Part shown: positions 9,520 to 18,530 of the stretch, in pieces | Position numbering within the stretch: position 1 is the first letter of the stretch | Layout: each line of letters starts with the position of its first letter | Origin: an uncultured Candidatus Saccharibacteria bacterium | GTDB lineage: Bacteria > Patescibacteriota > Minisyncoccia > Phycocordibacterales > DATDWN01 | Reading direction: 5' to 3' | Assembly (NCBI GenBank): GCA_964468795.1 | Contig: CAYXWL010000014.1 | Coordinates: 22,376-86,375, forward strand | DNA length: 64,000 bases | Notes under the pieces: model-generated | Database searches by the model: none | Seen by the model: the letters and a program-made list of their open reading frames with translations, nothing else | What the model was told of the DNA's origin: nothing | Translations under genes and position numbers: made by a program

Positions 9520-10062
9520 TTACAAAGTTCGCTGTTGATAAGGAAAAAACTTGAACAGCCAGATTGAGAAAAAGGAAACTGCCACTCCAAGCAATATTCC
9601 AAAAGCAACATCACTGACCCAGTGTACACCAAGATAAACTCTAGAAAACGCCACTAAAAATATAAACAAACCACACATTATTCTAAATATTATTGCCAAT
9701 CTCCTTTCCATCAAGTCGGACAATATGTATCCGAGCATTATAAAAAAAATGGTGGCAACAGTTGCGTGGCCGCTAGGAAAGCTTTTACCAAAAACCATCA
9801 TAACACCGTCAACCGGCCTGTTTACGTTAAAGAAAATCTTAAGAAAATAAACTGAAATGCCCCCCAATATTATGCTGAATAAAAATAGAAAAGAATAATG
9901 ATAATTTCGGAAAAGCAATATTAGCAAGGCGAATGCGCCAACCAATAAAACAAAATGAAAAGAAAAATCAAACATGATCGTGACCAGATAAATAAGTTCA
10001 GTATTGAGTGGAGTTCTGATCAGTGAAAAATAATTTTGTACAAAGACATCAATAGAATGCAT
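9520..10062 (-). CDS. PAP2-family phosphatase (undecaprenyl-diphosphatase-like)
   Basis: Multi-TM protein with KSFPSGHAT and SRVYLGVHW PAP2 motifs. Confidence 0.7.
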   Translation of the reverse strand: MHSIDVFVQNYFSLIRTPLNTELIYLVTIMFDFSFHFVLLVGAFALLILLFRNYHYSFLFLFSIILGGISVYFLKIFFNVNRPVDGVMMVFGKSFPSGHATVATIFFIMLGYILSDLMERRLAIIFRIMCGLFIFLVAFSRVYLGVHWVSDVAFGILLGVAVSFFSIWLFKFFPYQQRTL

Positions 10063-10076
10063 AAGATCATTTTGAA

Positions 10077-10955
10077 CTATCTTTCAAATCTTGCAAATAT
10101 GCCCGAAGGCAAAAATCTATCTGATGAATCCTTTATGTGAAGCTCTCCATGAGTAAGGTCTCCTGTGAATTCCCTGGTGATTTCAGACAATACCTGTGAG
10201 TATGTCATAGAAGAATATCCAGATGAGTATCCGTTAAGAAGTATTGCCAAAGGATCTGGTCTTAAAATCTCTTTTACCTTTTTTAAAAACGGGACTAAAT
10301 CTTCCTCGATATTCCAAACCTCTTTTTTGCTGCCCTTTCCGTAGACCGGAGGATCCATTATTACAACATCGTATTCATTCCCTCTTTTAATCTCTCTTTC
10401 TACGAACTTCCTGACATCATCCATAATGAGCCTGATTTTGCTCTCACCCAAGCCGGATTTCTTAAAATTCAGATTTGCAGTATCTATTGCAAACTTTGAA
10501 CTATCTACATGAACCACTTCCGCACCAGCTCTGCATGCAACCAGGCTTGCTCCGCCGGTATATGCAAATAAGTTCAGAACTGAAACTTTTTTTCCCTGCT
10601 CAGTTTCTTTTCTTATCTTTTCTTCAAGCCATTTCCAATTAACCACCTGTTCGGGAAAGATGCCGACATGTTTTGAAGGTAAAAGCTCTAGGGAAAAAAC
10701 AAGATTATCAAATCTAAAATCCCATGTTTTGAAATCTTTCTTTTTGTGCCATTTGCCAGTCTTTCCAGTTCTTTCGAAAAAAGCATCAGCGTCCTCCCAC
10801 TCATTCCCCAATGACCTCCTCCAAATAGCCTGAGGATCTGGTCTTCGAAGAATATACTTACCGAATCGCTCGAGTTTTTCTCCTTCCCCACTGTCTATGA
10901 GCTCATAATCAGCGGACTTTTCTGTAATAAGTATCTCGTTCATGTTACATGTCAT
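10077..10955 (-). CDS. class I SAM-dependent methyltransferase, RlmI/YwbD-like
   Basis: LNLFAYTGGASLVACRAGAEVVHVD motif I-like, IMDPPVYGKG, and a PUA-like N-terminus. Confidence 0.55.
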   Translation of the reverse strand: MTCNMNEILITEKSADYELIDSGEGEKLERFGKYILRRPDPQAIWRRSLGNEWEDADAFFERTGKTGKWHKKKDFKTWDFRFDNLVFSLELLPSKHVGIFPEQVVNWKWLEEKIRKETEQGKKVSVLNLFAYTGGASLVACRAGAEVVHVDSSKFAIDTANLNFKKSGLGESKIRLIMDDVRKFVEREIKRGNEYDVVIMDPPVYGKGSKKEVWNIEEDLVPFLKKVKEILRPDPLAILLNGYSSGYSSMTYSQVLSEITREFTGDLTHGELHIKDSSDRFLPSGIFARFER

Positions 10956-11505
10956 TTTCTAAGTTGTGCACGAGCTTCTCAGTTTTTTTCAATAGATCGT
11001 CACGCGTTCCATCGTTTACAATGACCTTATCGGCCATGGCAATGAGAGCATCGACTTGATGGGCAAACTCATCCCCGTTTCGTTCTGCATCCTCTTCTGC
11101 CTTGAATTGGTCAAAAGAAATATCATCTCCGACTCGTTTTCGCTCGAGCGCCCATTTGTAGCGTGTCTCGATCGGCGCTTCCACTGTAATCAGCACGAAG
11201 TCTGGACCAAACTCTTCTCGCAAAAACTCCACTTCCTTTATATTTCGAAGCCCAGAGATCACTGCATTGCCATTTACCTTACTGGCTGCAATCTTGGCAA
11301 GATAATCAGGGCCTCTTTCATGTCGAGATTTGATTGCATAGTGACTTACATGCGAACGATCGAGTGGGAGATTTTCCTTTCTCATCTCTTCCCTAATGAT
11401 TCCGGACGTAGATATATGAGTAAAGCCAAGCTTCGATAAATGGGTTGCCACTGTGTCCTTTCCAGCTGAAGGTGCACCAGTGAGACCTATGATTAATCTT
11501 TTCAT
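10945..11505 (-). CDS. P-loop nucleotide/nucleoside kinase-family protein (dephospho-CoA kinase / dNMP kinase-like)
   Basis: GLTGAPSAGKDT Walker A near the N-terminus; about 186 aa. Confidence 0.4.
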   Translation of the reverse strand: MKRLIIGLTGAPSAGKDTVATHLSKLGFTHISTSGIIREEMRKENLPLDRSHVSHYAIKSRHERGPDYLAKIAASKVNGNAVISGLRNIKEVEFLREEFGPDFVLITVEAPIETRYKWALERKRVGDDISFDQFKAEEDAERNGDEFAHQVDALIAMADKVIVNDGTRDDLLKKTEKLVHNLENDM

Positions 11506-11587
11506 ATACTAAGTGTATAAAAAATAATGAGAAGAAACCAGCTCTTACACAAGTTACTAAAAGTAAGCACATGCTATAATTAGCTTT

Positions 11588-12142
11588 ATGAATCTTGGCA
11601 TACTGGGTATGTATAGTGCAGCTTTCTTTTTTGGTGAATATGCAACCATTCCGTTTTTTACGTTGGCTCATCAAGGGAAACTCAACCTAACAACAATAGC
11701 ACTTATAACATACACTGCTTCTTTGTCGGCAGATCTGTTTTGGTTTGGAGCCTCTAAAATTTTTTTTAAGAAATTATATATTCAAAATTGGTATAAAAAA
11801 GCGCAACTTTCAAATCAAAAAGTGTACAATTATATATTTGAACAACACATACTCTTTGCCCTTACATTTATAAAATTTCTTATTGGCCTCAGACTTATCC
11901 TTACCTTATCTCTTATATTCGTAAAAAAATTCACCTTTAAGCAATATCTGGGTTTTGCACTCATAAGCAATTTTTTTCTAATTATTGGTCTTGATATTAT
12001 TGGATACTGTGTAAGTAAAGGACTGAATTTACTCCCTATTTATAAGGGAATATCGGGTATTATTACAATTGTAATAATAACGGTTTTGATAACCCATCTT
12101 TTTCCCTACATATTTAAATTTTATATTTCAAAACGAAAATAA
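11588..12142 (+). CDS. DedA/SNARE-associated-like membrane protein
   Basis: Multi-TM protein with FFGEYATIPFF near the N-terminus. Confidence 0.35.
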   Translation: MNLGILGMYSAAFFFGEYATIPFFTLAHQGKLNLTTIALITYTASLSADLFWFGASKIFFKKLYIQNWYKKAQLSNQKVYNYIFEQHILFALTFIKFLIGLRLILTLSLIFVKKFTFKQYLGFALISNFFLIIGLDIIGYCVSKGLNLLPIYKGISGIITIVIITVLITHLFPYIFKFYISKRK

Positions 12143-13015
12143 TTACAGATTGCCTTGTGCTTTGAGCACCTGAGTGATAATTATTCTTTTTATCTTCTGT
12201 ATTGGGTTTCTATTTCCTAAAGGCATCCATACTTTTTTTAGCTTTCTCATATATGGATCAAAATGCAACGAAGAAGGAACAACTCTTGCTTTCTCACCGA
12301 ATAAAATTCTTAAAGCTTCAGTGGAAACCAGATTCGCACATAACAGTGTACCTGTTACAAGTGAAGGAGCTTTTCGCGTCTTCCACTTTACAGCATCTGG
12401 TTTGAAGTATTTTCGTTGTAACAAAGATGGTGTCAGTCCCAGACCAAAGCGAATATATTTTTCATCATCACTCATCTTATCTGTGATATCAAAATACTTA
12501 TCAAAACTCATCCCTTTTGGGTCAAATATAAGCATAGAAGACCCGAATCCGATGGGACCTGCCATAAGCACAAACACATTATGCCTTTCAGCAGCTTTAT
12601 AGAAGATTCTACGTGCTTCTATTTCAAAAAAATCTATTCCATCAAGTGCGATGTCTACACCTTCTAAAAATTCATCAATATTGCCTTCATTTATTCCTTG
12701 GGGGTACACTCTCACCTCTGCACTCGTGTTAATTGAGGTAATCATCTTCTTTACAACCTCAACTTTTGGTTGACCGAGTACGTCGACAGAAGCTGCTTGT
12801 TGTCGATTCATATTAACTATCTCAAACACATCAAGGTCAGCAATTCTAAACTTCCCAAAACCAAGTCGTGCAAACGTAGTGGCATATATTCCTCCTGCTC
12901 CACCGAGACCTGGAATAGCGACAGTACTATTTCTTAATTTTTCTTGCTGCTCAGGAGTAAGTAACCCTATATTTCGCGAGAAGGCCTCCTTGTAGTACTC
13001 TGTTTGATTTTCCAT
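12143..13015 (-). CDS. ThiF/MoeB/HesA-family E1-like adenylyltransferase
   Basis: Rossmann fold: VAIPGLGGAGG glycine-rich loop, DLDVFEIVNMNRQ. Adenylation domain only (290 aa). Confidence 0.65.
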   Translation of the reverse strand: MENQTEYYKEAFSRNIGLLTPEQQEKLRNSTVAIPGLGGAGGIYATTFARLGFGKFRIADLDVFEIVNMNRQQAASVDVLGQPKVEVVKKMITSINTSAEVRVYPQGINEGNIDEFLEGVDIALDGIDFFEIEARRIFYKAAERHNVFVLMAGPIGFGSSMLIFDPKGMSFDKYFDITDKMSDDEKYIRFGLGLTPSLLQRKYFKPDAVKWKTRKAPSLVTGTLLCANLVSTEALRILFGEKARVVPSSLHFDPYMRKLKKVWMPLGNRNPIQKIKRIIITQVLKAQGNL

Positions 13016-13068
13016 ATAATAATTATACTATAATAATACAACATGATACAATTATTTTATCAATAGTT

Positions 13069-13737
13069 ATGACATCAGAATCAAAATTACTTCGTGCCTA
13101 CTCTGCTCCACCCTTCATATATGATCTGCGAGGTTTTTTTATTCTAACATTCTCTTATCGAAGCACGTTATGGCAGCAAGTCAGCTTTTTTGGAAAAAAT
13201 ATAGGTAAACGGCATCTAGATATTGCAGTAGGTACAGGCACATTATTGTTTATCATCTATATGTGGAGAAAAATAACCCGAAAGTCGGAAAGTAAGATCG
13301 TGGCTATAGATTATGTTCCCTCAATGCTAGAGGGTGGTAATAAATATTTTAAACACAATCCTCATGTACATTTGGAAGTTGGGGATGCGACACAACTAAA
13401 GTTTGAGTCAAACAGCTTCGATACTGTAAACATGGCAAATGCATTTCATTGTATTTCTAACATTGATGCAGCCCTTGTAGAGGTGTATCGAGTATTAAAA
13501 CCGGGAGGAATATTTGCAGTAAATATACTTCTATATCCAAAAGGAAAATGGCCATTTAAGCAGATTGCGGAGAAAATTAATATGTGGGGAATTAAAAAAG
13601 GTATACTCTATACTCCATACAACAAAGAAGACGTCCGCAAAAAAATAATTGAAAGAGGATTTGAACTTGTCTTTGAGAAAATTTCGGGTAATAGCTACAA
13701 TCTGCTTATTAAAAAACCAGCCACCCTATTTAAATAA
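13069..13737 (+). CDS. class I SAM-dependent methyltransferase (UbiE/Methyltransf_11-like)
   Basis: LDIAVGTGTLL motif I and a downstream acidic motif. Confidence 0.6.
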   Translation: MTSESKLLRAYSAPPFIYDLRGFFILTFSYRSTLWQQVSFFGKNIGKRHLDIAVGTGTLLFIIYMWRKITRKSESKIVAIDYVPSMLEGGNKYFKHNPHVHLEVGDATQLKFESNSFDTVNMANAFHCISNIDAALVEVYRVLKPGGIFAVNILLYPKGKWPFKQIAEKINMWGIKKGILYTPYNKEDVRKKIIERGFELVFEKISGNSYNLLIKKPATLFK

Positions 13738-14364
13738 AGAGTAATCAGGAACTTCTTCTAGAATCTTATCTAAAATACCTGATTTGTTCTTATTTTCTTT
13801 AATTTTTTTTACAGAAAGAGCTTGAGCAATTCCCCATGTATTCACAGAAGAATAAAATTTTTTCTCTGAAATTACTTCGAAGCCTAGTGTTGTATAAAAC
13901 ATCGCATGTTCAGGAGTTGTTGCAATAACCAAATAATCACACTCTAAATACAGTGCGTAATGAAAGACCAAATTAAGCAGTGGTAATGAGGCCATGTACT
14001 GCTTTAATGGATTAAAAGTAGAGTCATTCTTTTTAATAATATCATGGTCAATCGCATACTGAGTTACTTCTGCGAGTTTATAACCCTGAGATCTCAAGCT
14101 TTGAAGCTCATTCTTATTTAGATAATCCATTGGCAATCCGACATCAGAATCATTGACGACAGAAACCGTACCAAATAACTCACCGTTTATACCCGCAGTA
14201 AACATTTTTGTATTAGGCAATAACAGATATTTACCAAAAGATTCATCGTGACCCACGTCAGAAAAGTACCCTCTCTTTTTATATGTCGATTTAATTAGGG
14301 AAAGTACTTTCTGTTTTTCTTCTTCTGTAACAGCAACTTTATATTCGTACATAATTACATTCAA
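13726..14364 (-). CDS. GNAT-fold N-acyl amino acid synthase-like acyltransferase (FeeM/PF13444-like)
   Basis: GTVSVVNDSDVGLPMD ... AEVTQYAID pattern resembles acyl-ACP-dependent N-acyltransferases. Assignment is tentative. Confidence 0.35.
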   Translation of the reverse strand: MNVIMYEYKVAVTEEEKQKVLSLIKSTYKKRGYFSDVGHDESFGKYLLLPNTKMFTAGINGELFGTVSVVNDSDVGLPMDYLNKNELQSLRSQGYKLAEVTQYAIDHDIIKKNDSTFNPLKQYMASLPLLNLVFHYALYLECDYLVIATTPEHAMFYTTLGFEVISEKKFYSSVNTWGIAQALSVKKIKENKNKSGILDKILEEVPDYSLFK

Positions 14365-15286
14365 AATCTTGTAACATTTTTTCAGTCAAACTGGCACACT
14401 CAGCAGCTTTTACCTCAAATGAATGATGCCCTCCTTTTACCTCGTAAAAATTTCTTATTCTTAATTCATCCACTTTTCTCCTCAATTTTTTAAAATGTAC
14501 TATCCTGTCTTTTGTTGCAGCAATAACGCCTATATTATGCTTATTTTTATTAAGTACCCTTGTAATAAGCTTATGAGGCTCAATTCTGAGTATATCTATT
14601 CCATCTGAAATACTGCGAAAAAATCCTACCTTTTTCATCCAATTCACTACACTCTTCCCTTTTACCATGAGAACTCTTTTTTCCTCCTTTGTAGCCTGCA
14701 GAAATCTGTAAATTACAAATTGTAATAGATTGTTGAGCTCCATTACAATAATCCCCATATACGATATGTTCCCGGTGAGACCCGGCACCCCTTGAAGGAT
14801 GATATTCCTTAATCGATCTGGATATCTTTCTGCAAGGGCAAGCACAACAATACTTCCCTCTGAATACCCTACAGCATCAATACGTGTGATATTTTTTATT
14901 CGCAACACTTCTTCTATTGCACTCAGTTTAATGGAAAGAGACTTAGGAAGACCCGGTTCATGATTCCCCACATAAGTAAAGGGGAAAGAGAGAGAAATAA
15001 TTCTCCTCCCGGATTCATAATGAACACGCAAACCATCTTTGTAAGTTTCTGGGGTCGCCCCCCATCCGGGGACATAGAGTAGTGGAACTGATTCATCACT
15101 ATGACACATATCAGGTTGCATATCCCATACTCCTATGAGGTCATTAGCGAATGGAAATGATTCAATTTCTTTAAATTGTCTTTCAAAACCCGAACGTATT
15201 ATTTTTTCGTTCACGATGTTTTCGAGTTCAACAAGAGAAGTCTCCATAATCATATTAATCATAAAATGAATATGATAATATGGCAA
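14339..15286 (-). CDS. alpha/beta-fold hydrolase
   Basis: GYSEGS nucleophile elbow (G-x-S-x-G) and downstream His/Asp-containing segments. Confidence 0.55.
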   Translation of the reverse strand: MPYYHIHFMINMIMETSLVELENIVNEKIIRSGFERQFKEIESFPFANDLIGVWDMQPDMCHSDESVPLLYVPGWGATPETYKDGLRVHYESGRRIISLSFPFTYVGNHEPGLPKSLSIKLSAIEEVLRIKNITRIDAVGYSEGSIVVLALAERYPDRLRNIILQGVPGLTGNISYMGIIVMELNNLLQFVIYRFLQATKEEKRVLMVKGKSVVNWMKKVGFFRSISDGIDILRIEPHKLITRVLNKNKHNIGVIAATKDRIVHFKKLRRKVDELRIRNFYEVKGGHHSFEVKAAECASLTEKMLQDFECNYVRI

Positions 15287-15338
15287 TCCTTGGTATTTAC
15301 AAAAAAAAGGAATACAATTCTGTTATATTTACCCATAT

Positions 15339-15980
15339 ATGACTCACACTATCAAGCACAGCGGAGAAACATTTGTTTTTTTTATTTCTCAAACATTCTC
15401 ATTTTTCTTTATCGGCTTTCTTTTTGATATTTTTCTTAAACCAAGAATTGAAATGCCTGAAGGACTCACTATTCCCCAAGGGACTTTGATCGTTTCCAAT
15501 CACCAGAGTTGGATTGATCCGTGGGCACTCATATATTTTCTCGGACCTCAAAATATAATACCCCTGCTACCCATGCGTTTCCCGGTTACTCATAATTTTT
15601 TTCGCAAAACTATTATGGGATCGATCCTTTGGTGTTTAGGAGGATTCAATATTGGAAGTACTCCTTTAGAAAAAGCAAAAAAATTACTTTATATTCGTAA
15701 TCTTATACACCAAAAATATTCTGTACTTATATTCCCAGAAGGCAAATGGGTGCAGAATATAAAAGAGCGGTTTGAATTTAAGCGAGGTATACACATGCTC
15801 GTACATGAAGATACTCCCATACTTCTTGTCCAACTTAGTAATCTTAAAAATAATTTATTTACATATAAATTTAGACGCAGTGGTATCCGAATTAAATACT
15901 CAAGACTAATTAATAGTGGTTCTGCAAGTGAAAAAATTAAATTAATTCATGAATTTTACGGTATTCATGACAAAGTTTAA
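15339..15980 (+). CDS. PlsC-family lysophospholipid acyltransferase
   Basis: NHQSWIDP (H-x4-D) and FPEGK motifs. Confidence 0.65.
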   Translation: MTHTIKHSGETFVFFISQTFSFFFIGFLFDIFLKPRIEMPEGLTIPQGTLIVSNHQSWIDPWALIYFLGPQNIIPLLPMRFPVTHNFFRKTIMGSILWCLGGFNIGSTPLEKAKKLLYIRNLIHQKYSVLIFPEGKWVQNIKERFEFKRGIHMLVHEDTPILLVQLSNLKNNLFTYKFRRSGIRIKYSRLINSGSASEKIKLIHEFYGIHDKV

Positions 15981-16539
15981 ATTATTTCCCATTACAAACT
16001 CCCTGGAAAAACATACCACTCTTAAGGCAGAGATTGCAGATTTTCTTTCTCAAAAACTAAAAACGAATGTGTTTGCACATGAAATAACATACAAAAAGGA
16101 TGCGCTTGGAATGCCATTTTTTACCTACCGAACAGTCACTTCTCGATCTATAGGAATTACCATTTCTATTTCTGATACAAGAGATGTGTGGGCTCTCTCC
16201 ATTACAGATGAAGGTGTCATTGGACTTGATATAGAGTATATACGAGAATTAAGCTCAGAAGTTCTTGCCAACTTTCTTACAGCAAAGGAAAAAAAATGGC
16301 TAAAAACACAGCCCGTATCATATTTTAAAAAAAATACTGTTCTTTTGTGGACACTTAAGGAAGCTTATTTAAAGACCCTAGGTGTAGGACTCAGAACCCA
16401 CCCTCAAAGCATAGAAATAATACCGGATGAAGATGGTAATTTTGCTATTAGCACTCAATCTAACCCGTTTAAAGGATTATTGTGGTATAATGTAAACACT
16501 CACAAAAACTTGATAATTTCCCAAGTAATAAAACAATGA
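15949..16539 (+). CDS. 4'-phosphopantetheinyl transferase (Sfp/EntD type)
   Basis: GLDIEYI ... WTLKEAYLKTLGVG motifs. Confidence 0.65.
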   Translation: MNFTVFMTKFKLFPITNSLEKHTTLKAEIADFLSQKLKTNVFAHEITYKKDALGMPFFTYRTVTSRSIGITISISDTRDVWALSITDEGVIGLDIEYIRELSSEVLANFLTAKEKKWLKTQPVSYFKKNTVLLWTLKEAYLKTLGVGLRTHPQSIEIIPDEDGNFAISTQSNPFKGLLWYNVNTHKNLIISQVIKQ

Positions 16540-16775
16540 ATATTGAACAAAAAGTGATAAGTATTATTTCAGAAGTAACACACATCCCGTCTGAAAAGAT
16601 TACACTCGAGAACAAATTAATAGACCTTGTATCAGATTCGATTCAACTATTTGAGCTACTTATTACATTTGAAAAAGAATTAGGAGAAAAAGTGAGCTAT
16701 ACAGATGTTGCACAGATTGAATCTGTAAAAGATATCGTGGCGTACGCTTATAAAAAAAAACTATACGTTATCTAA
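16536..16775 (+). CDS. acyl carrier protein
   Basis: 79 aa with LIDLVSDSIQLFEL (DS phosphopantetheine-attachment site). Start overlaps the PPTase stop by 4 nt, suggesting translational coupling. Confidence 0.7.
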   Translation: MNIEQKVISIISEVTHIPSEKITLENKLIDLVSDSIQLFELLITFEKELGEKVSYTDVAQIESVKDIVAYAYKKKLYVI

Positions 16776-16783
16776 AGTGACCA

Positions 16784-17395
16784 CTATTGCGGATACTCAA
16801 CATTCGCATTGTTGATATGTAACTCTGGAATTAACTGAGGATTTTTAACTGTAGTTGTAATCACGATTGCTTTATACTTTAACCACCATCGTCCTTTCCA
16901 CACTTTTAAAAAAGTATCATATGGAATAGAATTGTTTCCGATAGGAAAAGCAGGATCTATTGAGGAGTTGCCATACCTCGAATCATAGATAAAAAATACT
17001 TTAGCCTTATCATCATACCCACCGACTGCAATCCAATGGAGAATTTTGGTTTTAATCAATATTGCCGGTGGCTTTCTAATTACAGCAACCTGCCGTTTTA
17101 CCCATTCTAATCGTTGGTCATCAGTGAACGCATTTAAATCCACCTCTTCACATTCCATCCCTCTAAATCTAAACAACTTCATCATGTCTGAAGGGACAAT
17201 TGGTCTAAACATATCAAACCAAATCGGCCCATGAAGCAAGTCATTCGCAGGTATCGGATGTAGCCCTATTGCTCGGGCAATCCATTCAGTGGTATATGAC
17301 CCACACCTAATTTTTGATAGATGATGAACTACAGGTACATCCTTTAGTTTGATGTAAGCTGCGGCAGGAAGTTCATTTTGAGAATTCATATTCAT
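16784..17395 (-). CDS. papain-like C39/BtrH_N-like domain protein (putative ACP-dependent acyl- or peptidyl-transferase or peptidase)
   Basis: Candidate Cys (IRCGSYTTEW) and His (ILHWIAVGGYDD) dyad, spaced as in C39/BtrH_N folds. Confidence 0.35.
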   Translation of the reverse strand: MNMNSQNELPAAAYIKLKDVPVVHHLSKIRCGSYTTEWIARAIGLHPIPANDLLHGPIWFDMFRPIVPSDMMKLFRFRGMECEEVDLNAFTDDQRLEWVKRQVAVIRKPPAILIKTKILHWIAVGGYDDKAKVFFIYDSRYGNSSIDPAFPIGNNSIPYDTFLKVWKGRWWLKYKAIVITTTVKNPQLIPELHINNANVEYPQ

Positions 17396-17404
17396 TTCTA
17401 TATA

Positions 17405-17875
17405 CTATATAAGATCAACAAGATTCAATTCGCCCCATATCTTATTGTATTTTGAAACATTTTCTTGTGGAACAATCGTACCGTCAATATTGAGGACGTA
17501 TAGTGGGGTATATTTACCACTTACCTCGTTTGTATTAACGATAAGAAGTTGGCTGAACTGGGGCCAGCTAAGCTTATCTTGAGACATATACCAATTTCGT
17601 GCTGCATCGGAGTCAACCATAAGCATAGCAAACGGCACCCAATTCTCTCGAAATACTCGATTTCCATCCTCATCTATTATTGTTATATCCTGATAATCAT
17701 CCTCACTGCAATCACCGAACAAGCTATCCATCAATTCTGTCCGGGAGTGAATCGGCACAGAATTCCAATCAAAAATAAATACAGGCTCCCTATTTTCTAT
17801 ATTGCTATCTTTCAAAGGAAACATGAGTGACCTTCCCACTAATGGTGCAATCATCTCAATAAAATTGGTACTCAT
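17405..17875 (-). CDS. hypothetical acidic protein
   Basis: ORF only; no recognisable motifs. Confidence 0.3.
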   Translation of the reverse strand: MSTNFIEMIAPLVGRSLMFPLKDSNIENREPVFIFDWNSVPIHSRTELMDSLFGDCSEDDYQDITIIDEDGNRVFRENWVPFAMLMVDSDAARNWYMSQDKLSWPQFSQLLIVNTNEVSGKYTPLYVLNIDGTIVPQENVSKYNKIWGELNLVDLI

Positions 17876-17883
17876 ACAGTGAT

Positions 17884-18306
17884 TTATTGTGACAGAGCGA
17901 TTAATTCGGGAGCTGCACCAGCTGAAGGAAGGATATAAGGCACAAGCTCGGCAGGTATTTTACATGTAAGTTCCTCGAGGCTTACACCCTCGGTGAACTC
18001 ACTGAGATCCAACCTATCCGCATCCATTCGATTAAATGGAATTTGATTCGGATCCTGGAGTGAATACGAGGTCCGTCTCATTCCCTTGATAAAGGCGCGC
18101 ACAAACCCGTCAAATTGGTCATTACTAGAGCACACCATAGAACCAGACACACTAACCTGCTCCACACCCTCGCTTTCTTCGTCATGGACAGGATCCTTGT
18201 CTTGATCAAATTGAAAATTCACAGTTAGAGACGCTTTATCAAAATCAACTTGTAATAACCTTTCTGCCCCATCCATATGTGAAAAATATAAAAGTTTCAT
18301 ATACAC
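17884..18306 (-). CDS. hypothetical acidic protein
   Basis: ORF only; no recognisable motifs. Confidence 0.3.
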   Translation of the reverse strand: MYMKLLYFSHMDGAERLLQVDFDKASLTVNFQFDQDKDPVHDEESEGVEQVSVSGSMVCSSNDQFDGFVRAFIKGMRRTSYSLQDPNQIPFNRMDADRLDLSEFTEGVSLEELTCKIPAELVPYILPSAGAAPELIALSQ

Positions 18307-18391
18307 ATTATTTTATACTATAAACATACAATTTGTAACTGTGAGAATATATTTCTAAAGTGACTCCAAAGAGTTGAGCTCCTACTTCTTG

Positions 18392-18463
18392 GGTGACTAC
18401 TGGGAGTTGAACCCAGACTAAGAGCTCCACAAGCTCGTGTGCTACCGCTACACCATAGCCACC
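18392..18463 (-). tRNA. tRNA-His (GTG) including G-1
   Basis: Cloverleaf folded by hand: extra 5' G, acceptor GTGGCTA/TAGTCAC, anticodon loop TTGTGGA (anticodon GUG), T-arm CTGGG-TTCAACT-CCCAG, discriminator C. Anticodon stem has one non-canonical pair. Confidence 0.55.
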
Positions 18464-18530
18464 ATATAAGCCTCAAAATGAGGACTTGTAATTTGTACCA
18501 CAAAAAACCTTCAAAATCCAGCTTTTTATA

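Noticed and set aside
11056-12602. Antisense ORFs 11056-11439, 11393-11674, 12174-12602, 12202-12405
   Set aside because: They lie opposite well-supported genes (kinase, ThiF-like) in AT-rich DNA; hydrophobic and low-complexity.
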